NCBI GenBank assembly: GCA_951406725.2
Contig: OX597817.1
Coordinates: 87,854,001-87,918,000 of the forward strand
Length of the DNA: 64,000 bases
DNA from: Octopus vulgaris
Taxonomy: Eukaryota
Direction of reading: 5' to 3'
Positions 26,373 to 38,750 of the stretch are shown piece after piece. A program made the translations under genes and the position numbers. The notes beneath the pieces are model-generated. The model did no database searches, was not told the origin of the DNA, and was given only the letters and a program-made list of their open reading frames with translations. The first letter of the stretch is position 1. Each line of letters starts with the position of its first letter.

Positions 26373-26424
<52 letters not shown>

Positions 26425-26514
26425 CATACATATACACATAAACACACACATACAAACATACATACGTACGTACATACATACATACATACATACAGACAGA
26501 CAGACAGACAGACA

Positions 26515-26990
26515 GATGTTAACATAAAGCTGAAAATCACTAAAAAGGAGAATAAATACGCTGAACTGTTGAGAAATATGCAGTTACTCTATCCAGATTA
26601 CAAGTTCAGGTTTATACATGTAATTATGGGGTACTGGGATATGTAACACACTGTTTAAATATCAATCTTGAGAAATTAGGCTTCTCGAAACGAGAAAGGA
26701 GAAAGTTGATTTGACATCTACTGATCCAGTCCATCACTGGAACTGTAAAATTCTGTCAAACTTTCCAGAAGTCTATCATTTAAGTATATATGAGCATGCC
26801 TAGATATGCAAGTATATGCATGAGAAGACTTACATAAAACAAAATGTACGAATCTGCATGTATACATACATACAAAAATCAAAAATCCCCTGTTGTTGAT
26901 GTTGAAATTCCATTGAAGGTGCCTTGGATCTAGGTTAGAAACTGGCTCTTTCTCTATTGACAAGAAATCTTGAAATAAAACTGAATAATG
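26515..26990 (+). mobile_element. 3' fragment of a restriction-like-endonuclease non-LTR retrotransposon (R4/NeSL-like)
   Basis: Encodes DVNIKLKITKKENKYAELLRNMQLLYPDYKFRFIHVIMG-fs-LGYV...LEKLGF...QSITGTVKFCQTF, resembling the RLE C-terminal KE..Y..L...G.LG pattern; flanked by (ACAT/ACAG)n. Confidence 0.65.
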
Positions 26991-27040
26991 ACACACATAC
27001 ATACATATTCATATACATATATATATGTGTGTGTGTGTGT

Positions 27041-27312
27041 GTGGAGGCGCAATGGCCCAGTGGGTAGGGCAGCGAACTCGTGGTCGTAGGATCGCAGTTT
27101 TGATTCCCAGACCGGGCGTTGTGAGTGTTTATTGAGCAAAAACACCTAAAGCTCCATGAGGCTGTACTCTTTCACCACAACTTTCTCTCACTCTTTCTTC
27201 TGTGAGCCTGCTCGCTTAGCCAGTGAGGTGGTGTCATTTGAAGGCTAAAACAATGTGAAGCGCATTATGAACAGCGATGTGTAACAATATCTGGTCGGTC
27301 ACGGTGATCACG

Positions 27313-27317
<5 letters not shown>
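27041..27317 (+). mobile_element. tRNA-derived SINE family E
   Basis: A box tggcccagtgg, B-box-like gttttgattcc, tail ggtcggtcacggtgat. Reverse-strand 3' parts at ~3248-3370 and ~61315-61432. Confidence 0.75.
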
Positions 27318-27355
<38 letters not shown>

Positions 27356-27362
27356 GTATATA

Positions 27363-27547
27363 GGGGAAGAATTCACAAAAAAAAAATACAAAGACAAGTG
27401 GTGTAGACAACAAACAGATGTATTAGTTTAATGCTCGGGAAGTGAGAAAGTCTTTAACATTTCGAGCCTATGCCCTTCCACAGAACGGAACACAGAAAGA
27501 AACAGGGAGGGCAAATAAAGAATGTATAGTGGTTAGCAATCTATCAT
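27363..27547 (-). mobile_element. Short Penelope-like terminal repeat with hammerhead-like motif
   Basis: Reverse complement ctgtggaagggcataggctcgaaatgttaaagact...ctaataca...cttcccc-(TA)n aligns with the Penelope 3' end at 40021-40161. Confidence 0.75.
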
Positions 27548-29194
27548 ACATACATATACACACATACATGTAAAGATATATACATTCATACACACACACA
27601 CAAACACATACACACACACGCACATATATATATATATATTGGTTATAAGAGGTAATGGTGTCATTGAGACCCAAAGGAATCTTACATATATACCAATCTG
27701 CCTAAAAAAATGGATCTACAACTTCAATATCCCTACATATCTTACATCTATTTTCTTTCCTCCACCTCACTCTCTATTTTGTATCCTATCTAAACTAACT
27801 ATTACTTAAGGGATATAATTAATAAATATCCTGGAAACAGCTGTAAGACCTTCTATCTATAAATGTTCTAATATCTACACAGCCTTGGTTTTTTTATCTC
27901 ATTATGCAAAAAATTCTTATATATATATATATATATTATATTTATATTCCTGCTAGAAATACAGTTATTTCTCACTCAATCATCTCCTGTATGTTTTACA
28001 TTTCCTCTTTAGCATTCATATTAAATAGATAACTCCACATTATCCAATAGACAATGACTGTCATTATATTTTGTAGCTTATTAAAAAGTGAAATACCTTT
28101 AGCACTCGTTGAGGTAATCATGACTTTCAACATAAATTCATAAATTCTTTAATTGTAACAATAATTAAATGGCTACTAATCAGGCAACCAGCAAGACAAA
28201 TGTCTAATATGAAAAGGAAATGTGTGTATCACTGTTTGATTAGCAGATGTATCAATATTGATTAAAATAGAAATAATATCATTTACTATAATTACAGTCT
28301 TGTAAGTGCATAATTGCATTGATTAATTACCACTCTCATTGCTTCATTGTTAGAAAAATAAGGAACCATGAAATTTTGCAGCTTCTCCAATCTTCAATTC
28401 CTGCTCTTCTTCTATAATTGTACTTTTGTAGAAAATATTTTACACAAACAATGCTTATGTACATGTATCTTTAGAATTTCATTAGCTGCTGTATTCTTTC
28501 AATCCTTATTTATTTTTTTGTTTTTAGGAAAACCTACCTAAGCAAACCAAAATAAATTACATTTTTTCATTCATTCTTTTCTCTAACAAAATTAACCATT
28601 GTGATATTTAATATCATTACAAAATCAGTTTTAAATTCTTTTTTTTTTTCTTTTCTTCTTTGTTGCTTATTCATTAAATTTTCAAAATAGTGTTTGTTGT
28701 CTTTCTCCCCTTCTGCATGATTTTCTGGTTGGTGTTTAGAAAGAAGAAACAAATGCATAATTTTCCACAAAAAGTTATCATTAAAAGAATTTCTGAATTC
28801 TGTCTATCGTTACCAAGGTTTTGTTATTTTCTTCATAAATTTCTTTATTTCTTATAGGAATTCTTTCATTTTCAAATTTGTTTCTTGAGAATTTTTTCCC
28901 CTTCTGTTTCTTATCTTAACTATTTACCTTTTCCTTTGAAAGAACTTGCAAACCATTTATTTTGCTATCATTTCGGTCTGTATTATATAATTTGAGTCAG
29001 TAATGATTCCTTACAAATGATAAATGGTTTAAGTAAATAAAAGGAACTGTATGCTTCTGTGAGGGTTTCAAGTTGGCTTTCAGTTACTTGAGCATTTCAA
29101 ATGATTTAATTGGTGGGAATGAAATAGATACTTTTAGAAAAGATATGCTATCTATGCATAAACACATATATGTGCATACACACATGCTCACACA

Positions 29195-29237
<43 letters not shown>

Positions 29238-29373
29238 TAGATAGATAGATATAATATACACACATACATATACACATATATAATTATATGTATGAGTGTT
29301 TCTTTTCACATACTGTACATATAAATGTATGCATATAAATGTATGCATGCATTTACTGCGTGTGTGTGTATAC

Positions 29374-29414
<41 letters not shown>

Positions 29415-29479
29415 TCTAAATATACATATTACATGTGTGTGTGTGTATATATATATATAATTATATGTATGAGTATTTC

Positions 29480-29690
29480 AGTTTTATATTTAAGAGATGA
29501 GGAATTATGTACATTATTTACGTTATTTACATTTGACAGATATTTGCGCTCATCTTGTTTGTTGTTAACACAACATTTTGGCTGATATACCCTCCAGCCT
29601 TCAACAGGCATCTTGGGCATGTGGTGTAGTGGTTAAGAGCGTGGGCTACTAACCCCAAGATTCCAAGTTTGATTCCAAGGAGTGACCTGA

Positions 29691-29749
<59 letters not shown>

Positions 29750-29895
29750 GAAATGACAGAAAAATTTAAGGTGGAGTACATTTTGGCTGATATACCCTCC
29801 AGCCTTCATCAGGCGTCTTGGGCATATGGTGTAGTGGTTAAGAGCGTGGGCTACTAATCCCAAGATTCCAAGTTTGATTCCAAGGAGTGACCTGA

Positions 29896-29936
<41 letters not shown>

Positions 29937-31205
29937 GAAATGACAGAAAAATTTAAGGTGGAGTACTTGCACTGACTGAGACTGATCCTTAAGTTGAAAT
30001 TAAATGGACGGAATAAGATCGAAGCTATCAACACCTAGATGGTTTCGCTCCTTAGATATGGAGCAGGGGTAATTGCATGGACAGTAGACTAACTAAACAG
30101 CATAGACAGAAAGACAAGAATGTTGCTAACTAGATATGGGTAACTCCACCCAAAAAGTGATACAGTCAGACTGTATGTACCAAGAAAAAGAGCGGGGAGT
30201 GGACTTATTGGATGCGAACACAGCATTAGAGCAGAAGAAAACAACATAGCATGGTATGTAAAAAATGCCACAGAACTGCTATTATTAGAAGTAAGAAGAT
30301 CAGGCTTGTGTAATGAAAGATTGCAAAGATAAAGCACTATATAAGAAATTGAAAACGAGTGAAACTGAAAATAGGTGGATAAAGAAAAGAATGCATGGTC
30401 AATTTCATAGGGATGTTGAAGATAAGACAAACAGAGAAAAAAGATGGCTGTGGATGACTAAGAGTGATTTAAAACCAGAAATGGAGGCTCTCATCTGTGC
30501 TGCCCAAGAGCAAGTACTAAGAACAAACTACATAAAATACGGAATAGACAACACAACAGTCAGTGATAAGTGCAGAATCTGTGGACAAAATGGTGAAACC
30601 ATATGGTATATTACCAGCCAATGTGCACCACTAGCCCAGAAGGAATATAAGAGATGCCACAACAATATAGCCAAGTTTGTCCATTAGACACTTTGCAACA
30701 AGTATGGACTTGACAGAGCAAAAATTTGGTATGACCACAAACCTGAAGGGATCGTCAAAAATAGAAATGCAAAGATCCAATGGGATTTTATGATTAAGTG
30801 CAACCATGAGATAGAGAATAGGAAGCCGGATATAGTCTTAATTGAGAAAGAAAACATCATAGATATAGCATGCCCAGCTGACAACAAGGTATGCGATAAG
30901 GAAGAAAGGAAATTTGATAGATATGTCAGATTAGCTTGGGAAGTTAAGCAGTTGTGGTCAATGAAAAAGGTAGCAGTAGTACCAATAATTTTCGGAGCCC
31001 TAGGAACAGTGAGCAAAAACCCTGAGAAGTACATGGAACAAATAGGGGCTGCAATGAGGGTGGAGCACTTGCAGAAAACAGCACTACTTGAAACTACTCG
31101 AATACTCCAGAAGGTGCTTGAAAAATAAGAGGTGTTACCTTAGTTCACTAGTACTGAACAGCTGACACTGTAGTACATCTCCAGCATTAGAAGCTGTGCA
31201 AAGTC

Positions 31206-31248
<43 letters not shown>

Positions 31249-31386
31249 TTGAAAAATACCTTAGGAAATAGAACCCAGGTTTGAAATTTCCCCAAAACAT
31301 CTGATGATGGTTGGAGAGTATATCAGCCAAAACGTGTTAACAACAAACAAGATGACGACAAATATCCATCAAATGTAAATAATGTA
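29480..31386 (+). mobile_element. Composite tRNA-headed, hammerhead-like non-autonomous retroelement, interrupted by a Dong/R4 LINE
   Basis: Inverted copy of the 3' end (29480-29617), tRNA-like head (29617-29680), (TAA)n, 3' part 31246-31386 with CTGATGA at 31301. Direct repeat atgtatgagtatttc at 29465-29479 and 31382-31396. Confidence 0.75.
29935..31206 (+). mobile_element. 5'-truncated Dong/R4-clade non-LTR retrotransposon (RT C-terminus, CCHC-type knuckle, PD-(D/E)xK endonuclease)
   Basis: KLNGRNKIEAINT, DRKTR..L...HPKSD..RLYVPRK, CRIC..NGETIWYITSQC...Y..CHN, RKPDIVLI..IIDIACP.D...KEERK..Y..LA.E...LW...VVPIIFGALG. Several stops; (TAA)n on both sides. Confidence 0.9.
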
Positions 31387-33489
31387 TGAGTATTTCTTCA
31401 CATATACTGTTCATATAAATGTATACATGCATTTAGTCTGTGTGTGTGTGTGTGTGTACACAAATATATATCTGTATATGTTTTGGCTCATTTGCTTATT
31501 TGAAATGTTGAGAAACTTGAAAATAATTTTTTTTTAAGTTGCTCTTCCAAAGAAAGCTATAAGTAATAAATTACATAATATTGAGTAAAAAAAACCCTTT
31601 GAATAAGATAAAATAGATATAATCACTTATACAAAATGAACAACATGTTTACTGTATGTCAGACAGTTATCGGGATTAGGAGTTTATCTGTAAAAGTGAG
31701 AGAGTGAATCTTTTTAAGGGGCTACTGATGAAGAGCCATGCTATAAACATCACAGCCCCTTTTGTTTTATCTTAAACTTTCTCTTGGCATCCATTTGACT
31801 TTTGTTTTTTTTTTCTGTTTTTGTTTTTATTTTTGACTTGTTTGTGTGTGTACATATATATATATATATCCTCATCATCACCATCACTCATCTTCCATGC
31901 TGGCATGGGTTGTCCAGTTTGACAGGAGCTAGCTAGGTAGAAAACCACTCCAGGCTTCTGTGTCTGTTTTGGCATGGTTTTTATATGCCAACCACTTCAC
32001 ATTGTGGACCAGATGCTTTTTATGTGACTCCAGCTCCAGCAGGGTCACCAAGTAACTTGCAAGACAAGGAATTTTGAGAAGGAAGAGGACTTTAGAGGAA
32101 GGGATCTTGTGTCAGATGACGAAATGTTAGAGTGTAACATTTGTTCACATTCTCATCTATTGCACACACATGCATACACACATTCTTCATACTGTGAAAT
32201 GCAAAATGGTGCAAGAATGCATTTTGCACCAAAAGCCAATATGGGAGTTTCATTCATGGTATCTTCTGGAGTGTAGTGTTCTAAGAGAACATCCATGTTT
32301 AAGTGGGGATAAATAATGCATGAATGAAACAAAAGTGAGTTATCTATGCTTTAACTATTGATGTTGTGAGAGACAGATAGATCATCTTTGTACAATCTGG
32401 AGATGTGGAGTCTTGCACACATGTTAATATTCTTCAATAACATCTATTATTATTAAATATGTATTTTCCAGTTTCACATAAGTTTCATGCTCTTTTCTTC
32501 TGAAACAACACCAAAGCCAGTTATTGTTTCTTGCACAACATTGCCTCACAGATCACACAACAATAAACATATAACCAGCCAATCATTTTCTGCTCAACAC
32601 ATTCTTGTAAATTTAGGTAGAACTTACCACTGAGTGGATCATGCCTCCCTATGATGGAGATATGAAAAGCTATTATAACACCAGATTGGAGTATACAGAC
32701 AAACTATACTTGACTCAGAGAGAACATATTTAAAAATATATTTCAACCAGCACACAAACTTCTTTAAGTTCAGTGGTGGAATCAGTACCACCTCTCTCTC
32801 ACAGTACGCCTAGAAACTAAAGGACAATGCAGTGAAAAATATCCCCATAGCTTGGAATGTACATGAGACTTCACATCCATATACCAAGGATGATAAATTG
32901 CATCATCTCATTTTTTTCTCATCTTTTTCTAAATTATTCTTTCTTTACTATTTATTTTGTTTTTTAACTATTAATTCGATGGTCATATTTGATGTTAGAA
33001 ATATGTTACATATAAGATTTGTAGCTAGTTGAATTAAGATATATTTTCCTACAGAATGAACTGATCCACCACTTCAAATACTATATGTACATTTGGGGTT
33101 TGAAGGAGGACCTGCTGTGTAGACTTTGTGAAGAAAGGGACACTCTGGCACAGCTTGTCAGGGCACAAAATAGCACTTACACAACAGAGATACAAGTGGC
33201 GCCATGACTAGGTGCTTGCAACACTAGCTCACATCCTGCAGCAGGATAGGCTCAAGAAACATCATCATACCATCTGATGATATCAGTTCCTTTTGGCCAA
33301 AGCTCCATTCACTTGGGTGAATAGAAAAGAAGTACCTTCTAGGTGTCATCAGAATATCCCATAGAATGGAATGATCCACCACTTTAAATACTATATGCCC
33401 CATATGTAAGCAGTGGGAGAATTATATAATTAACAAATAGTTTGTTGATTTGCAATACTGAACTTAATTCTATTTATTTTATCTGCTGT

Positions 33490-33875
33490 ATGTAATAACA
33501 TTTTGGTCTGTCTGTCATTAAAGAATGTAATAATGTTGGAGTATGTCTGTCATTATGAAGGTAATAACATTGGGTTATGACTGTGTTGTTATAAAAAATA
33601 ATAATATTGTGGTGTGTATTTGCCATTGTAGAAGATAATAACATAAGGCATTGTGGTGTATCTGTATCATTACAGAAGGTAATAACTTAAAGGTGTGTCT
33701 GTCATTACAAAAGGTAATAACATTTTGGTGTGTCTTGGTCATTGTAGAAGGTAATAACATTGGGATGTGACTGTGTCGTTATAGAAGGTAAGGACATTGG
33801 AGTATGTCTATGTCATTATTGAAAGTGATAACATCAGCATTTATCTGTGTCATTATAGAGAGGACATTATGATGT
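33490..33875. repeat. ~39-40 bp minisatellite, ~10 units, just upstream of exon 33910
   Basis: Units like gtgtctgtcattacagaaggtaataacatt(g/t)(g/t)gg. Confidence 0.85.
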
Positions 33876-33909
33876 ATCAAGTGTCATCAAATTTCAACTT
33901 CCTTTTCAG

Positions 33910-34108
33910 GACTGCTGTTGCTCATCAACTTGCTCAGTTTACTGAGATTTGCTTGATGAATTCAGGAAATGAAAAATTTAATTGGCCATCTCAGAAGACA
34001 GTTGCAGAAACTTTATATGTGTGTCGCCTACTGTACAATACTTGTGAAGGTTTACATATCCTACAGAATTATCAGCTCCACAACTGCATAAAATATGCCT
34101 GGATTGAG
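33910..34108 (+). CDS. TBC1D32: TBC1D32 internal exon 5 of 9
   Basis: ccttttcAG acceptor, GAG|gtaaga donor, 199 nt, phase 2-0. Encodes (R)TAVAHQLAQFTEICL...VCRLLYNTCEGLHILQNYQLHNCIKYAWIE, like recalled AHIIAQF...[28 protein letters not shown]. Confidence 0.95.
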
Positions 34109-36589
34109 GTAAGATACACACACACAAAATTTAAATGTGTGAAATATTTTTGCCTTATCCAATCACCTTGGTAAAGAGTAGATATCACTGTTATTGGTAA
34201 TGTAACAAAATCATTTAGTAGAGATATATGTTGTACTCAAGTAGACATGAAATATTAGCATGTTTAAAAAAAATAAATCACTGAGGAAAATTACTCAGCG
34301 ACATCATCTGTATGGAAAACAAACAGAGGACCAAGATATGTTGCACATTGCTGTACTTAAGAAGACCCTGTCCACCACAACAGACCTCCTAAAACTATCC
34401 AACCCATACCAGTATGGAAAGCAGATGTAAAAACGATGGTGAAGATAGTGTGTGCGCATGTGTGTGTGTTTGTCTGTGTTTATGTTTGAGTTTATGACAT
34501 ATCTCTTTATATACAGTAATCTTGTAGTTCATCAAACAGAATTTGATAAACTTAGTACCTGACTGAAGTACTAGGGTCAATACAACATTCAAAGCTGCCC
34601 CAGGCACTGCCACTTTCTAAAGACTGAAACCAATGAGAAAGAAAACCCATCTGTATACTTAAATACACAGATGTGTTTAGATTGTTGAAGGTTTGTGCCT
34701 ACACTCTTATATACAAGCATATAGGAGCGTTAGAATATATTTTAATCCTTTTGTATTTAAACCAGCCATATCTGGCTGAAATACTCTACTTGCTTTATGT
34801 TCAAATTGACCAGATCCAACATCTCACACCTATTCGACATCATTGTAAAAATAAACAACCACATCATTGAAGCTGCAAGATAGTGCATTGTTTAATTTAA
34901 AACATTGAGAATAAATAAGCATTACATTTGACAGAATTATCTAGATGCTAAAAGGTTAAACTTTTGAGAAAATTTACTTTTCATGTGTCTGGAAACAAGA
35001 TCATATTAATAACAGAAAAATTAATAAAAATTTTTAATTATCAATTCTGTCTATTCTGTCAGCTTCTAGTTATTATTGCTTATATGCAGTATTACCATTT
35101 AATATGTTATGAAACTTTGCACAATGTTCAACTTGTGTTTTCTTGTGTTCTTTTGGATTGCATTCACTTAAATTATGATTATGGCGTTTTGTTTACTTTA
35201 TCAATTGCAATTATTTTTAGAGGTGTGAAATTTATTAACTGCTAACTTATGATTTATTGGGTTTCAGCTTGATTTATGCTCAGTGATTCTACTTCACTTT
35301 TTTGTGGAGTAATCACTATACAATTGTATCTAAAATGTTCTTTTAACGGCATGCTTTAAACCTTTCTCCAATAGTGTATATATACATATATATATAATTA
35401 TTTGCAAGATTCAATAGAAACGAGGTATTTTAACAATAAGGACTCCAAGATAGATTCATGGACAGCATACCTGTGTATCGACTGTGTGTACAGACACTCA
35501 CATATTTACTAGAGTATATACATATCTGTCCTTCCTGTTATGCATACATTCACAAGTGTAGACTAAATACATACAACATATACATAAAAATCGCATAAGA
35601 GTATACTCCAGCATGCAATCCATGGTCCACTGTAGGCTCAACATCCAATGTAGGGAAGGTTCTGAGTGTGATGTAGTATAAATAATAAACAAATGGGCTG
35701 ATGATCACTACAGCTGTTTTGGATATGTTTTTTATTGGTGAACTAATCGATTACATCATGTTAAAAAAATGTTTTCTTCAGGTGAATTAAAATTTAACAT
35801 TTAGAATTTTTCATACAAAGTGTGTAGAATGCATATTGACTCTCTCATCTTGGTACCGGTTGAGAAAGTAAATTGGGGAATGCTATTTTGAAGTTAAATA
35901 GATGTAGCAATAAATATGTCCTCGCCTCTAGAGAATGGAGGTTAAACAAAAAGAACTCACATCCCAATCATGAGAAGCTAGAGTTTAAGCAGTGGTGCTA
36001 ATTACTAGATAAAATAGATAGGGTGGCTCAATAAGTTAGCTTACATGCTGTGAAAACATGTGAGGAAATAAAAGATGAGAGATAATAAAAATAAAAATAA
36101 AATTAAATTAAAAAAGTACAAATAAAATTATCAGAATAACCATTATAAGAAAACAATAAAAAACAAAATGTAAAACATATGCTTGTATCTATGTCAAAGT
36201 CTGTGAGACTACATGCTGAATCTGGACAGAGTGGTGTCTTCCAGTTCAACAAGAGAAATTTGTCCATATGCCTACATTTAATAAAAATTTCAGATCTGGA
36301 ATTTAGTAGATCTTAGATCTAATGGCAGTATGAGATCTTTCAGCCTCACAAAACCTGCATCTCTTTGATCTACTAACATATGGTGTAGATTGTTCCACGA
36401 TGCTCCACCTGATGGTGGCCTTCAGATCCCATTTATAGCTATTTCTAATTTTATCGCTTTCTTCTTATCTATGTGTTGGAAAGAAGACTGGTGGTTTTCA
36501 CATCTTTCTTTTATAAGTCACCTTGGTATATACCAATGTAATTTTTCTTGTATATCAATAATTTTAGCAAGTTCTGCTTGATTCCATAG

Positions 36590-36678
36590 GCCTCTCTTGA
36601 AGCTGAGAATTCTAAGACACCAATACCAGAAGAAGATGACAAAGAAAAAGATACTTTAAAAAGCAACTCAAAAAGCTG
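36590..36678 (+). CDS. TBC1D32: TBC1D32 internal exon 6 of 9
   Basis: ttccatAG acceptor, TG|gtaagt donor, 89 nt, phase 0-2. Encodes ASLEAENSKTPIPEEDDKEKDTLKSNSKS, a linker with the TP motif. Confidence 0.88.
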
Positions 36679-36699
36679 GTAAGTCAACTTTTTAACTTT

Positions 36700-37990
36700 G
36701 TGTGTTTACATGGTCAGATTGGCTAATATACTTTCAGAACAATTACCTTCCCTGCTAATTACATCTCCTAGGTAACAAAAGCTATCAACAACTTTTGTTG
36801 TGAGCTATCCAGACATTTAAGAGAATCTATTTCTAGTATTCTTGTAGCATGTACAGCTTAGATGCATCTATCATATATGAAACTTACTTCCTCTCTTAGT
36901 CTATCTGTTATTCTACTATATCTTTTGTGTACGTATAGCTTACACTGGATACAACATATGGTATCTATACTTACTTTTCTGTTTATCAAGCAAAATACAA
37001 TTCCTGGAGACACCAGGGTCCTGTGTTCTTTCCCACTTACTAAGACCTTACAAAAAACTTTACCAAGTTTACTTTGAGGCTTCTGGATTCTAGGTTTAGC
37101 TTTCTTGCTAGGTATTTCCTCTTAAATTCACTTATAGATTCAGCTATGAGAATTAGATTATCAATATATAGGAATCCCCATGGACAACCAGTCTTAAAAT
37201 CCTCTTTGATTACCTATAGGACTTTGATGAATAAGAGTAGATTAAAGACTGAACCTTGCTGGACTCCTGCCTTCACACTAAATTCATCACTAAAATCATT
37301 GTTGACTTTCACTTTACTTATTGTCTTTGTTCATAGTTTGTACAGTTCCCACAGGCCATTTGTCTACACCAAGTTTTCTTAGACTGTGGAAACTGTACAA
37401 ACTATGAACAAAGTAAGTAAAGTGTCAACAATGATTTGATAGAATGCTACCCTATCAAATGCCTTTTCCAGTCAATGAATTTCAGAAATAATGGTTTAGT
37501 CTTACCAAATATTTCTCTTGCCATTGCCTCACAGTGAAGATTGCATCAGTGGTACTTCTTCTAGGCACAAAGCCAAGCTGCATCTCTTCTAGGTTTACTC
37601 AATTGATCTATCACAGATCAACTGTGCTATGGTTCTTTCCATGACTTTATAATATGATCCAGTTGTTTGATTCCACTATAATTTCTTCTCTGTAAGGCAC
37701 CTCCTTTCCCTTTGTAGCAGTTTACAATAATAGTGCTACATCAGTCTTTAGGCATGACACCTGCCTGTATAACTTGATTAACTACCCAGGTAGTAATCAT
37801 GAATCCTACCTCACAAGATTTTTTTAAACACCTCTGCAACTACAGACCAACAGATTTTCTCTCTCTTTTCTTGTCCTTAATTGCTTTATTTACCACACTG
37901 CTGTAAACTTTAATTGCTAGTCCCTCTTGTTTAAGCATGAGATAGTCTCCCTATATTCCATGCATTTTCCACATTCAACAATCTTTCACA
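36700..37990 (-). mobile_element. Decayed RTE-clade LINE reverse transcriptase region
   Basis: Reverse strand gives IVNCYKGKG...NYSGIKQLDH, QLGFVPRRSTTDAIFTVRQWQEKY, AFDRV, GVQQGSVFNLLLF; stops and frameshifts. Confidence 0.8.
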
Positions 37991-38750
37991 ATAGTGTCTT
38001 TCTTATGGAAGACACTTGCTTGTCTTCCATAATTATGGTGCGTATGTTTTCATTGTCCCAAATACACTTCTCACCAATGACATCTCAGTTCTCACTCACA
38101 CACTGTTTTGCAATCCTAATCATTTTACACCTCTGATCCTCATGTTATGTTTAAATCTCTATCTGCCGTACTCTTTGCCAAATATAGCTGCCACCTAGCT
38201 GCTCTTCTAGCTATTAGGTAATACTCCCTCCTACCACCTTCCTTCCTTCCAGGTTTTTAAGCCTGTTTCTCAGCCTATCAACCATATCATTCCACCTCCA
38301 TATTAATTTCAAATTTTGGCACAAGGTCAACAAGTTCAGGAGTGGGTCTTAGTTGATTAAACCAGCCTCAGTGTTCAACTGATACTTATGTTATCAACCC
38401 TGCAAGGATGGAAAACAAAGTCATATTACCTTTGGTTTGGTTGGAACTTTTCAGCAGCCTCATGTCTGACCTGTAGCCCAATGCAGGTTATTTCATATAA
38501 ATTCCCAGTTGTCACCTATGCTACAGGTATTTTTTTCTCCTTTATCTTTTTTATTTGTCTCAATCATTTGACTACAGCTATGCTGGAGCACCACCTTGAA
38601 GGGTTTTAGTCAAACAAATTCACCCCAGGATGTATTTCTTAATCCTAGTACTTATTCTATTAGTATTTACAGGGACATAAACACACTAACACCAGTTGTC
38701 AAAGTAATGAGAGGACAAACACAGACAAGCACACAGATACATATATATAT

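Noticed and set aside
29617-29690. Functional tRNA gene; TACTAAC at 29647-29653 as a branch point
   Set aside because: The acceptor stem does not pair and it runs into (TAA)n, so it is a SINE head. No pyrimidine tract plus AG follows the TACTAAC.
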